From: Octopus sinensis
Lineage: Eukaryota
DNA length: 64,000 bases
Reading direction: 5' to 3'
Assembly: GCF_006345805.1 (NCBI RefSeq)
Contig: NC_043012.1
Location: forward strand, 51,584,001-51,648,000
The translations under genes were made by a program, and so were the position numbers. The notes under the pieces were generated by a model. The model saw only the letters and a program-made list of their open reading frames with translations, had not been told where the DNA came from and did no database searches. Shown in pieces: positions 1 through 13,869 of the stretch; the first letter of the stretch is position 1, and the number at the start of each line of letters is the position of its first letter.

Positions 1-70
1 AAAACAATGCGAAGCGCATTGTTTACCAGTGATGTGTAGCAACATCTGATAGCCTGGTCGGTCACAGTGA
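1..70 (+). mobile_element. Probable 3' tail of a SINE/LINE-derived repeat with a stem-loop
   Basis: Hairpin AAACAATGCG-AAG-CGCATTGTTT at 2-24, followed by ...GCCTGGTCGGTCAC and a (TA)n run. Cut by the window start. Confidence 0.35.
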
Positions 71-606
71 TATATATATATATACGCACGTACACAAACA
101 CATATACGATACCTTTTGTAAACGATAGAAAACGTACAATACTAGACTGCAGTGATAGCTTTGAGTGCAACCAAAACTACTATATATATATTTCGTTTGA
201 CTGAAAAGTGAAAAACAGAACTGGTGTGTTTATTATTGCTAGATACTAATAAATCAGCATTTACCACCATAGAATCATTCATTAATTTGGAATTTATTTC
301 GAGTTGATGTGCTTGAATGTTGGTTTTCCGCCTGTCATTATGTAGTTTGATGGTTTAGTAAACTCTGTTTAGTATTATGCTCTTCACAATCATGCATAAG
401 CTCCGAATCTTCGATTTCTTTTCTGGTTTACACCTTTGGACGTTTGTGCAACTTATGTAAATATCTGCCTGTGTTTGCAAACTCCAAATATAATTCGATA
501 GTTTTGTTATATATCCCATTCGTATGTATCTGAAAGGATATCTGGTTGACGTGGTAATAAAACCATACAACTTATTGTTACAATTGTGATTAGTATTATT
601 GTTGTG

Positions 607-644
<38 letters not shown>

Positions 645-869
645 GTCATTGTTATCACATAGATCCACACACACAAACGCATATATATACATATGTATAT
701 GTGTGTGTGTATATATATATATATATATGTATGTAAGGAAAAATGTGATAATATATATGCGTGTGTGTGTGTGTGTGTCTATCACCTAAAATTTAGTTTT
801 GTTTTCCATATTATGGTTTCGCCCCTGGTCAAACATAAGCGATCAGATATTTAATTAAATGCACTGCAG

Positions 870-941
870 CTGTGATCTTCCCGCCTATTTATCCTCATGG
901 AGAACTGAAGTATGTAGTGCGATTCTCCTCTTTTGAAAAAG
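870..941 (+). CDS. Putative internal exon, 72 nt, phase 1-1: xVIFPPIYPHGELKYVVRFSSFEK
   Basis: Acceptor TGCAG at 865-869 and strong donor AAG|GTAAGA at 942. Open phase-1 frame with ordinary amino-acid composition in non-repeat DNA. Family not recognised. Confidence 0.55.
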
Positions 942-1074
942 GTAAGACTTTCGTTACTTGGTTACCTAACAGCTACGTCACATGGCGTAAAGAATCACAG
1001 AGACCGCAAGAAGCTGCTATTGAAACATTTTACAGTAGATTAGTAAGCTGATTATTTACAAGAATTGAAATAAT

Positions 1075-1240
1075 AGGCGCAGGAGTGGCTGTGTGGTAAA
1101 TAGCTTGCTTACTAACCACATGGTTCCGGGTTCTGTCCCACTGCGTGGAACCTTGGGCAGGTGTCTTCTACTATATCTTCGGGCCGACCAAAGCCTTGTG
1201 AGTGGATTTGGTAGACGGAAGCAGAAAGAAGCCCGTTGTA

Positions 1241-1300
<60 letters not shown>

Positions 1301-1512
1301 GTGTGTGTGTGTGTGTGTGTGTATTTGCGTGTCTGTGTTTGTCCCCCAACATCGCTTGACAACCGATGCTGGTGTATTTACGTCCCCGTAACTTAGCGGT
1401 TCGGCAAAGGGGTCCGATGGAGTAAGTACTAAGCTTAGAAAGAATAAGTCCTTGGGTCCATTTGCTCCAATATGGCCACAGTCAAATGATTGAAACATAA
1501 TAGTAAAAGAGT
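1075..1512 (+). mobile_element. tRNA-headed SINE with internal (TA)n/(TG)n (octopus OR2/Nin-like type)
   Basis: Box A/B-like head (TGGCTGTGTGG...GGTTCTGTCCC), microsatellite middle, body ATCGCTTGACAACCGATGCTGG, tail ...GTCAAATGATTGAAAC. Other copies at 31655 and 49083. Confidence 0.85.
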
Positions 1513-1606
1513 AACGAGTAAAATAATCTGCATCGACTCTCGATTTGCGTTTACAATTTACACACACGCTCGCGAGTGTAAATATATACGTACGTACATG
1601 CTTGTA

Positions 1607-2170
1607 TAGAGGGTGCAGGGAATAAACTGTTGTTTAGATTATGCAAAAATGAAAGTAACATTGTCATCTCATTTTAACCGATATATATACCAAAGTTACA
1701 TAAACCTTTTAAAGTACTAAAGAGTAAATTTATTCAATAAAATTGCTATTGGCTTCGACCACGGTCTCCAGATGACTTAGGAATCTCCAGCACGGACGGT
1801 GTCCTTTTCTAAGCTGGCGAATGCTGCCATAATCCTTGTCTTCAATTCATATTTGGTGTTACAAGGAGTTTTGTTAGTCTCTCACTCAACTGCGCCACAC
1901 ACATAATTGTGAAGGGGTTGCAATCTGAGTAGTTAGGTGGCCAGATATTAGGGGTGATGTGATTACAGCCATGACTGGATTCTCCTACTTGTGTGGCATG
2001 GTGCAGAATCCTGTTGCCACATATAGTGTCTTCCAGCAGCCATCCTGTTGACTACGGACAGCACTACCTCCTCCAGGCACTTGATGCACGCCACCGTGTT
2101 GAGTTTAGGCCATGTGGGAAAATGAATGGAAGCATAACATCACCTGCACTACCAACGCCATGATGTGTAC
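1607..2170 (-). mobile_element. 3' fragment of maT (DD37D-like) Tc1/mariner transposon, decayed
   Basis: Minus strand reads VMLPFIFPHG..CIKCLEEVVL..YMWQQDSAPCHTSRRIQSWL..NYVCGAVE*ETNKTPCNTK with stops and frameshifts. Confidence 0.85.
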
Positions 2171-3311
2171 TAGATGTTTGATTTTTATCATTCACTGTTT
2201 AAGTTCATATTGGAGCTTCTGGCACGAACATCAAGCAGTACAGCATTTTATTATTATTTCATTTTACAAATTTCTGGCAGAGTGAATTGCTTCGTGTTGC
2301 TGTTTTTTCTCACAGACGGTGCCCAACTAAACTTACTATACTGTGCAGTCGACAAAATTAATGACAAAGAAAGCGGAGTCGTGAAATTAGAATATGAAAT
2401 GGCGATAATTTACCCATCGCACACTGTATACATTTGTGTGCGTGTGTGTATACAGATACGAATATATGTGTTCATGTGTATACATATCACACACACTCAC
2501 ACATACACACCTATAATATAAAGCAGTCGCGTCTTGTCCAAGCCTTCGAAAACGCGGAGTAGATATAACAGGGGACAAATGACGAAGGGAATGTTCTTTA
2601 TGTTGCCTGTCTCGTTTCTCTATTTCTTCCATTCATCGTCCAAAAAAGTTCGTTTTCATGTTTTCCTTTTTTATGTTCTCCATCAATGCCTTAAACTTTC
2701 ACAAAAGTGACTAAAAATCAATTCCAGAAGAGATCCTTAAGCAGGACTGAATATCATTCCGTAGAGGATAATAACATGAAAATCGAACAATTTAAGTTTA
2801 ACCAGTTCCTTAAAATATTGGGCACAGACACATGTATACATATATATATACACACTCACACCATTCTGACCTCCATAAAGACAACATATACACACACATG
2901 CACACACACAGCACCATGCCAAATGCCAATCACATACATACATACAAACACACACAACACCAACCAAGACAATCACACACACGGTTGACAAACGGGCATA
3001 CATATACACACACCATCCTACCAGATTTTACAAACACACAGACACATCTATTCACACGACATATGTATATACACACACACAAAGACACACACACTCGAAC
3101 CATTCTGACCTCTAAAGACCAATCCCCCAAATTATTGATGAGTGAAGGAGAGACAAAAAGAAATTCTTTTCAGTTCCACATTACTATTCCTTCCCCCCAC
3201 ACAAACACACCTACAGTGTCCATTGAAATAGATAATAGTCTCTTACGTTAACATGCTGGACAGGTCAGTTTTAGCTTCCCTACTATCATAACGTAAACCT
3301 TTTTGAACTCA

Positions 3312-3740
3312 TAATATGCTGTGCGTGTATACCAATATTCCACTGAAATTTTTAATAATACCTTCTGGGAATTATCGTGAGAACGTATAATATATTTGTT
3401 GTAATCTTTTGTGCCCAATATTTCAATGAACTTGTTAAACTTTTTTATGTTCTTAACATGCCCTTGTCACCAAAGAATGTATATATATGTATTATAGTAC
3501 TCTGTGACAACCAATATTCTGTGCGTGTTTGAATATACAGATACAATACCAATATCCCACTGAACTTTTTAATAATACCTTCTGGAAAATATATTTAACA
3601 TTTTCTTGAGAATGTATATTCATGTTGTAATCTTTTGTGCCCAATATTTTAAGGAACTTGATAAACTTTCTTATGTCCTTAACATGTTCTTGTTACCAAA
3701 GACTGTATATATGTAATGTAGCATTTTGTAGCAACCAATA
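3312..3740. repeat. Diverged tandem duplication, two units of ~200 and ~225 bp
   Basis: Shared blocks CTGTGCGTGT, TAATAATACCTTCTGG, TGTTGTAATCTTTTGTGCCCAATATTT and CAACCAATA occur twice in the same order. Confidence 0.8.
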
Positions 3741-3848
3741 ATTAATGCAACCAAACTTTTACATGTTACTTTTGACAATCTTTTTCCAAAGAGAGGACCG
3801 GTAAAGTAAATAAACATCTTTTAAAATTGCATTTTCAAACCTTCTTTC

Positions 3849-3905
<57 letters not shown>

Positions 3906-4133
3906 TATACATCTTTGTTTGTGCATGTGTAACTCTACATCAATGTGCGTACACTGAAGGCAGTCAGCTAACCTACAGACAGTTTTAATAAAAGTGTGGG
4001 TGATTCCTTTACTTCCTTTTGTTTGCGCTAATAATTTGAAATCTGCAATCGAATTCTATATTCATCAATTTGCCAAATTTTCTATAAGAAACCAACTTAC
4101 ATATACCGGTTACTTTCAAATATATATATATAT

Positions 4134-4235
<102 letters not shown>

Positions 4236-6539
4236 TGTGTGTGTGTGTGTGTATGTATATGTATATTAAGGGCATTACTATATATAAACGCCTTACGCTA
4301 GGAGGGATTCTTAGTCAAAACTACCAAAATAAACACATTGTACCGAACCGCGGGGGAATGCAACTCTCGAAGCGAGCTTTTTAAAAACAGATTCAGCTGC
4401 AGATTATATATATATATATATACATACACACTTAATAAAGTTCTCTCAGCCGACACAATGTGTTAACACATCGACAACTACCTATATCTTAAATACTCTA
4501 TTAACATACATCACCCATCTACTTTATGGGTCATATGTGTGTTCAACTAAGTATCATTATTTTTACGTGCCTTTGCATGCATCCGCTGCAATTGTCGAAA
4601 ACGAATCAACGCATACGAATGAACTTTCATATTGTCTAGTGTCTCTATTTTATCTTCTATTCCAATGCATAGTAAGTTGCGATTATAGCGCAAGTGTTTT
4701 TATTTTATTTTTTACATACAGTTCTTTCCATTTCTCTTTTAAATTCTGAAACGCTTAGAATGTATAAGTTATGTTAGATCAGCCACTTGGGAAGCAGTTG
4801 TATATGACTGATGATATAATAAATAATTCATGGTATTTTATGCAAAAATTTAGCATAGAGAATTGTATTCTTTGTAGAACGTCTCTTCGAATGAAAAGCT
4901 CCGACTACATACTTATGGCAAATGTACATTGCGACGACAATTAAGCAAGTCATTCGCTGAAGATAAACTTGTAAGTTGTTCTCATCGATATTAATTTACG
5001 TAAAATTAACTTCATTTGCTTGTTCACATCCTAAATTAAATTTAATCAGGTATAAAACAAACATGCAATACTTAGTTTATCAATATATTACTTATCGGTT
5101 TATCCACCATTCTCCACATCCGAAAATTAACGGAATACATTTCCTACTGTTTTCGAAAAGATGTCTGTTATTTTCCTTTATTTTACATCAGTATTTCTGT
5201 AATCAACTCTGGAAGTAATCTCGAATGAAATTCAAAATGCTAATTTTAGTAAAATTGAGTAGAAAACACTGGACAGGGAATATAATGTGCCAACTCAATA
5301 GCTTTTTAGTTATAAGCACTATCGTCTGTCGAGATACTTATATTTGACGTGAGTCAATATAGAACGACATAGATTTTCGTTCCCTTTTATTGTTGTTCTA
5401 TACTGAGATTTTATTTTTAGTCTGTCTATTTGTGTGCTTACTAAAACCTCGGAAACAAGGAGAGAATATATAAATTCCATCCAAAAGAAACATAAATCTT
5501 CACATGGAATTTTTTATATTTTTATTTTTGTGACCGTAGCAAAATATACGTTAAATGTTGCTATACAGAGAGTTATATATTGATAGATACACATCCTTAG
5601 GGAGACTTATTTATGGTTCCACAAACACTGGATTTCTCTTTACCAGCTACGAATAACTGTATCATTTATTAAACTATAGCAAAGGTCTTAGTGAAATTGA
5701 TAGTGATGTAGACCACATCTATTGTAGCAAAGACATTCAAATGCTACACATTTCATGTTCAGTTGAATTACTTTACTGAATTCAATTAGTACAACTTTGT
5801 GTCTTGATGAAAATATGCCTTTTATACTGTCATATTGGTAATTATTTGCGGAATAAGATGCATTGTCTGCAAATATCGAAAGAAAATTCTTAGCCAACTA
5901 CGTGTAATCTAATTCTCTATTAGTTTTAACATTATTCTTTCTTTTAAACGACATATACACTTGGAGATTATTCCTAGACAGTATTTTCTTTCCGTAAAAC
6001 TTGGAGGTTTCATAGGAAATGACATTTTGAATAATGCTATGTTGTCTAATAGGTATACGCATAGTTTGTAAGGAATCAAGATTTCGTTTGAAAAAGGGAT
6101 AAACCCTTTGCTGCTTTAAAGTTGTTTTGTAGATTTGCGAAATGGAAAATGGAATTCAAAAATTTAGACTTTGTCCTATAAATGTAATCAAACATGAACT
6201 TACTAGCGCATCACTTTGATTGTTAATACGTTAAAAATGTTTAAATTGTTATGACATATTCGCAATCCGTGAATAAGTGTCATAAAGTTATAATATATAG
6301 ACTAAGTAAGTGAATGAAATGGAAAATATATTAAACTCCATGCTCATAGAGCCTGATTGCAAATCATTTAAATGTACAAACCAATGTATTCCTACGCAAA
6401 ATGATTTTCTATCATCGCCTCAGTGCACTGAGAAGTAAGATAATCCATGAATATTGCCTACGTTAGAGGATCATCCTATTCAGTAGAAATTTTTGCTCAT
6501 CAAAGAAGTGTAATGTGAGATATACGATATCCCTTGTAG

Positions 6540-6655
6540 ATGGAAAATTGTGTCCAGTTTGTAAAAAGTCAGAAGCAAGAAGCTCTGCAACCGGCCTAAT
6601 CATTTCTTTTTCTTTTGCTTTCTTTCTTATTCCTGTTTACATATTAGATAGATAA
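6540..6655 (+). CDS. Putative terminal coding exon with GPI-signal-like end: DGKLCPVCKKSEARSSATGLIISFSFAFFLIPVYILDR*
   Basis: Acceptor CCCTTGTAG at 6531-6539; phase 1, compatible with exon 870-941. Small residues (S-S-A-T-G) precede a hydrophobic run and TAA at 6653-6655. Confidence 0.55.
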
Positions 6656-7685
6656 ATTCTCACAGACAACAAAACGAAACATAGACTCACATATCACTCA
6701 AGACTTTTCTTTTAAGATACTTGGTATTATTTTACTTCGCCTGTATAGTCTGAAAATGGGCACATATATGACTGTGGTCAGAAACGTTTCACGAATGAAA
6801 TTTTCCTGTTTTTGTGTGGTACACTTAATCTGTAAATTCGTTTCAGGAAATTTCATTGTGTTGTTCTCTATGAGAATAATAATATTTCTTATTAAATAAT
6901 TGGAAGATATTGAGAAGATAAGGAAACGTATACTACAGTCATTTATTTATAAAGTATTTACAATGTCGTAGATGAGGTGGATTGCAGGGACAGAAACAAT
7001 TTGTATGCAGTCAGTACCATAAATTTGACAAGGGTTTAAGTTTAATGATAGTTATTTTGAACTGTATTTGAATTTATTATATTCCTTGTGTTGAACATAA
7101 AATATTTAGAAGTATCAATATCAAAGAAAAGATTATACTTAAACGCTCAACAAAAAATACACAAACAGGCTTCAATTAAGCCGATTGATTTCTCACTCTG
7201 TTCTCTAATCCTTCATTCATTCTCTTTATGTTTGTGCGTGTGTCTGTGTGTGTGTGTGTGTGCGTGTGTATGTGTGTGTATGTGTGTGCGCACGTATTCA
7301 TTAATATAGTGATACTGAATGAAATATGCAAGCCTGCATTTCACAGTAATTTATTGTGCAAGCTGTTCCGATGTAAGTTCTGAAAATTATATAAACTTTG
7401 AACAATTTTCACAACAAAATCTATATCATTTCTAGAGAGTTTATATTGATCTACACTTCAGTAACGAGGTCGTATCTAACAAAATCATGGCCAATATTGT
7501 GATCTTACGCACGAAAGATAGCACTGCATCAGGTATTTAATTTATTGTTCAATCGAAATTGAGATCTCCTTACTGTGCCCTTCAGTTCCAAAACTTACAT
7601 GACAGTTAATGAAAGTCACAACATTCGATTAGATAGTATTTTTCATGCACGTCCTTCGAACAATTATGCCGCAAATAAGTATATA

Positions 7686-7860
7686 TCTATTTTAAAAATC
7701 CGTTCTGTCTGTCTGTCTGTGTCTTCTAGGATCTCGGGTATCCTCCATCCGATTGCGCTCGAGTGTGCATAAGTCTTGAAAAAAATTGCAAAAATCGATT
7801 CCAGGTGAGAATGCGATCGATAAAGCCATGGTAACCGGCATTTGTAAAAATGTCTATCTT
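7686..7860 (+). mobile_element. 5' fragment of a non-autonomous Helitron (DINE/HINE-like)
   Basis: A|TC start (TCTATTTTAAAAAT) followed by (TCTG)n and ATCCGATT, typical of DINE-like Helitrons. No 3' CTAG found nearby. Confidence 0.45.
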
Positions 7861-8959
7861 TATTTCTTCTTTTGCTGGTGTCTCAAATTTAAGTTAAATC
7901 AGTGTCCCTCAAATGGGAGGTCTATGGAACGGTCGGACAAGTTGTTTTGAGAAAATTTGGTTTAAATGTTTGACAACTCAGCACCGTCCACTGGACGGTG
8001 GGAGTTTTGCTCATATATATATATATATATATATAATCACATATATATGCATATACATGCATACACACAGACACACATAATAATAAAATGAATGGAGACA
8101 TGTTCATCGGCAAAATTTGTTTTATAGTTTTGTACAGCATATTATAATGACCAACACGTGTGTCCGCTACACTGACTATTCAATGAGGTAGATGCGATTT
8201 TGCATTATTATTGGTGCCGCTTCATCAGGGCCAATCCATTTTGTCACCCCCAGAGTGAATAATACATACTCCAGACAATGTTTTGGGTCCAACGAAATGT
8301 ACAGCAAAGTAACCATAGAAGAATTCCCGGAGTGACTACCAACAGATACTAGTCACAGACGTCAAATACAGACCGAAGTAGTTAAACGTTAACTAAAACT
8401 CAAGAGAGAACCAATAAGGTATCCGCCCGGAAAAAGTATCACTCCAAGCTCACTTCAATATATATATATAGTACTGGAACCTACATCGTACACTGGCTAC
8501 ATCCTTATCATCCCGAAAATCGTGGGAAACTGTGCCACGTATTGAGTACTCAGACCATGATTTTCAAGTTGCTTAAATGGATTAGGTGTGTTAAAAATAG
8601 TATACCTCATTACATCTATAGTTGACTGATAAACATTAAACAAGCGCCACATTGGAGGTGTATTAATTCGTATTTGCATCTGTTAATTTCTTCGTTACAT
8701 CGTCATTCTGTACATATGATATATACATTAAATTGTGTATTATGTTTTAAGAAGCTTAAATGGATTTATGAGTATCAAACACACATTGTTCTGCAGGTGT
8801 ATCAATCTGTATCTGTTCAAAACAATGGAGAAATTCATTTTCGTAGTTTATTTTATAGTTTAAAGATATATTTAGTTTCTCCAGAAAGGCAGAATTATCC
8901 AGAAATCCGGGAAACATCTGTCCACAATCTTACTGGTTGATTCGTCCGCTACTGCATAT

Positions 8960-9485
<526 letters not shown>

Positions 9486-9882
9486 TAAACACACACTCTG
9501 ATATATGCATACATCGAGAGTAGCCGAGCAGTAGTATTTCGAACGCAACACTCATCGTTATAAAAAGCATTGATTTTCATGGTAATTATTTTTATTCCTC
9601 GGAGGTTCATAATGTTGTGATGTATTCCATAAAGCAGCTGCCCTCAAGATACACAACACTTTCTTCAAAATGCTTTCAGAGACATATTTACTTCGTCGAT
9701 ATACATATATGTCTGTTTACTTTTAGTAACATTCGCAAAATTAGATTTGTCTTTTATTTTTTGACTCTTACCTCAATATATTCATCTTATCTGCAAATTC
9801 ATGTACGTATGTGTTTGTGTATGACATATTTATGTGTGTCTACGTATGTATATTGCATGTGTATATATATATAAACACACAC

Positions 9883-9913
<31 letters not shown>

Positions 9914-10356
9914 CACACATACATGTATGTGAATGCGCAGTGTGTGTGTTTATGTATATAAATGTGACTAGAGATTTGATGGGTGTCTGTATTTTTAACA
10001 GAGGAAATGTGTTCTTGAGAAAGATATAGTGAGAGAGAGAAACAGAGTCAGAGAGAGAAATCTAGAGAGAGACAATGAGAGACGACGGTGGAAAGCGATG
10101 ACTATGTATATAGATGAGACATTCAATATTCGGTAACTATTAAAGACACCTACTAGTTGGTAGACATTCTGTCAACAATTTTCTTAAAGTCTGAATTTAA
10201 AATACCACGTTCCATCAGGACAGTACCCCGAGGGACATTTTTTTTTTTTTTTTGAAATCTATATCCATAACTTCAGAAATGAAATATGCATGTTGATGCA
10301 TACATACGTACTTAAATGATACGCAGAAGCATACATGCATAAAAGACACACAATCG

Positions 10357-10388
<32 letters not shown>

Positions 10389-10799
10389 CGTATATCTTAG
10401 GTACATACATGCATATGTATTTATATTCATACCTATGAATTTCAGTTTTTCTAAATATATTGAGACATTAATATCGACGTGCTCTGAGACAAACATATAC
10501 AAACATACACGGAAGCACACACACGCCTGAACACATACACTGACACATACACGTGCATATGTTTGTGTCTATGCTTGAATACTTGTTTATAAGCTTCGAT
10601 TCGATCATGTTTTTTTTTATGTATATTTACGGACGATATATATTTAAGAATGTATAATATATGTCATTTATTTTTCTTGTCGCTTACATACCGTGCGCTG
10701 TGTTTACCCAACTTATAAGTAATTTTTATAAAGAAAGTGTTTAGTTTGCATTTCTGTTAAAAGTTTTTATTTCTGAACTCAATCACGCCTCTGTATATA

Positions 10800-10813
10800 T
10801 GTATAATTTACAT

Positions 10814-10891
<78 letters not shown>

Positions 10892-11217
10892 ACACACACA
10901 CACACACAATATGGAATTATCTGTCACCTCGCCTCTTGCTTTTTCACTTTTCTTCTCTCTTTTACTGCATATATGTGTATGCGAGCCTGCGCACGTCTTT
11001 GTGTGTGTATGTTTCTTTATATGTGCTTCTACAACACCACTCACACACACACATTCACACAGATATACACACACACAAACATATATGTGTGTATATATAT
11101 ATAAATATATATATATATGTGTGTGTGTGTATATATACATGTATATGTATATATATATATGTATGTATATATATATATGTGTGTGTGTATATATATACAT
11201 ATACATGTATATGTATG

Positions 11218-11272
<55 letters not shown>

Positions 11273-11321
11273 ATATATGTACATATTTGTATATATATAT
11301 ATGTGTGTGTGTGTATACATG

Positions 11322-11353
<32 letters not shown>

Positions 11354-11398
11354 ATATATACATACATACATACATACATACATACATACATACATACA

Positions 11399-11430
<32 letters not shown>

Positions 11431-11435
11431 CATTT
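10800..11435. repeat. Compound (TA)n/(CA)n/(TG)n/(TACA)n microsatellite cluster
   Basis: Read directly. Confidence 0.95.
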
Positions 11436-12327
11436 GTGCGCGCTCGTGTGTTTATGTATAAAAAATAAAGAAAATTTCTTGGCGACTTGCATGCCAAATA
11501 TTTTATTTCAGGTGTTTTCCAAATTCACCATGAATTTAATGAAAATACGAGTGCCTGAAACTTTGAAGAACGTTCTTTCTGCCTGAGATTTGCATGGTCA
11601 TAGGAGTCAATATCCTATGCAATTAGAACAAATAATCAAAATTATAATCGATGAGTTTTAAAAGAATGTTAAATACACTGTCTATGGGAATAAGTGTCCC
11701 TGTGTGAAGAGATAAAATTGTGGTTTGAAGTAGTATTCTGGTTTAAATTTCAGTGGAATCTAACGTTATAATATTGACCTCTAGTCGTTAGTTTACATTG
11801 CAGACTTGTATTTTTAATCTTTAGTTGAATCTGCATGAAATTTCAATTCAATGCATATTACGTGGTGGTGTCATATGTATAGTATTTCGCTTGTAGTCCA
11901 AGACATTTTAAAAGATTGTAATACATCAACTTAACTCATACAGTAATGAAGTGCCGAGACTGCTGTAGACATTTCCACACTTAGAACCCCACATACGATA
12001 ATATGTATGTCTAACGGTATTACAGTATTCATTTGCTCACTTAGTCATTCGTTGTTGTTTCTCATTAAAACGCACAACACGAAGTATTTCAATTCAGTTC
12101 TATAATATTGATTTTGGAATGTTTTCTCAAAATAACTAATTTTTATTTATTTATTAATATATTGGTATGTTGTTTTGTAGACAGTTTCACAAAAGACTCT
12201 CAAACTAATCGCCTGCAAAATTGTTCACAAAATTTCTTAATTATGGACAAGTGCAAGTAACAATCAATGGAGCGTAAAATTAGTTAAATATGGTTTGTAT
12301 ATCAACATATACTATAAAATATTCCTT

Positions 12328-12520
12328 TCAAATTTTGGCACAATGCCAGAAGTTCCAATGGAGAGGATATGTCGATTCTATCAACTCTAGTACTCAGCTG
12401 GCACTTATTTTATCGACCCCAAAATTATGAAAGTTTAAGACTACCACCACAGAATTTGAAATTAGAACGTAAAGACAGTTGAAATGCCACGAAGCATTTC
12501 CCCCACCATCCTAACGGTTC
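12328..12520 (-). mobile_element. Old tRNA-headed CORE-type SINE
   Basis: Degraded match to the young copy at 45528-45762 (ACTTATTTTATCGACCCC..GAATTTGAA..AGAACGTAAAGAC). Confidence 0.7.
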
Positions 12521-12522
12521 TT

Positions 12523-12727
12523 ATTTATTTACTACCCACAAGGAGCTAAACACAGAAGAGACAAACAAGGACAGACAAATGGATTACCCAGTGCGTAAAT
12601 GGAACTTATTTAATCGACACCGAAAGGATAAAAGGCAAAGTCGACCTCGGCGGAATTTGAACCCAGAACGAAACACGGTCAAGCATTTCGCCCGGCGTGC
12701 TAACGCTTCTGTCAGGTCACCGCCTTA
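12523..12727 (-). mobile_element. tRNA-headed CORE-type SINE with short internal deletions
   Basis: AAAGGCAAAGTCGACCTCGGCGGAATTTGAA and AAGCATTTCGCCCGGCGTGCTAA shared with copies at 33832 and 45528. Confidence 0.85.
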
Positions 12728-13810
12728 AATAACTTATAAAACATTAACCAGTATATTTCCTACATCTCCATTTTTTTTTCATATTTATGCAAAATTTTCC
12801 TAATTTTATTGATTTCACTTCTATCTTTTTCTTTTGTTTACATTTTACTTAACGTATTGTCTCCAAAGTTGTAGAAAGAATATTTTGTCAACAAAAGACA
12901 AAAGTTATTCAATAGGTTTGGCATTTTGACGATGACAGATAGGCCTCATTTTCTTTAAAAAAATATTAAAAAATACTTCACACATTAGTTCTACTAGAAA
13001 TCACAGCAAATATTGTCGCTTGGCTGACCTCTTTTCTCTATCAAAAACGTATATTTAAAAGTTCAACAAGTATTACACTTGTTGCATTCGTTTTCTTTGT
13101 TACATTCCAAAATTATTCAATTTCAGCGCAATTTGAATTAAATCTACTGATTAAAATGTTTTGAAATATTTTGACATAATTGATAATATTTTGATATAGT
13201 TTTGAATAATCTATTTTTTTTTATGTAATTTAAGCATTTGATAGAAATAATACGAAAATAAGTTCATGAAAATATATACAAAATTGCTGAGAAAATATCC
13301 TTGCATGAAACAATGCATACTTTATCAAATCAAATCAAAGGAAACACCCAACACTGAATATTGTCGATAGTTTGATTTCAATGTGGAAATGAGACCAACG
13401 AATGACTTGTAGCATATGGACATTGGTGTTTAGTGATCTTCTGATTAAAAAGTAATTTAAACAAATAAATATGGTATCATAATTACGAAAACATAATTTC
13501 CTACATGCAGTAGGTCATTTGTTCGCACATTCAAACTCATTTTGTTTGACTGAACCACTTTAATCATTATCGCTTCCACGTAAATCTAAAATAGTCTTAA
13601 CCACTTCATTCAGACTGATCGGTACAATTGCAGTGAATGGAAGCATGATGCCAACTGAGAATAATAACAATTTGCATAACTTAAGCAAGAGTTATTCATA
13701 TAATGGGAATTATCAGTTAAACCATATATATTTTAGAAAATATATAAAACTGAAACAAGTGAAAAAGAGTAATGCAAGAAAATACGACTACTACTACTAC
13801 CACCACCACC

Positions 13811-13858
<48 letters not shown>

Positions 13859-13869
13859 GGAAAGTAGAT

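Noticed and set aside
4878-4970. 93-nt phase 0-0 exon candidate NVSSNEKLRLHTYGKCTLRRQLSKSFAEDKL with good splice signals
   Set aside because: Phase-incompatible with the 870-941/6540-6655 pair and no recognisable homology; left uncalled pending RNA-seq.
7730-7804. 75-nt exon-like segment with strong AG and CAG|GTGAGA
   Set aside because: Lies inside a Helitron-like repeat; the pyrimidine tract is its (TCTG)n microsatellite.
8195-8235. CTGATGA on the minus strand resembling a hammerhead core
   Set aside because: No downstream GAAA in register, and stems I and III do not form.
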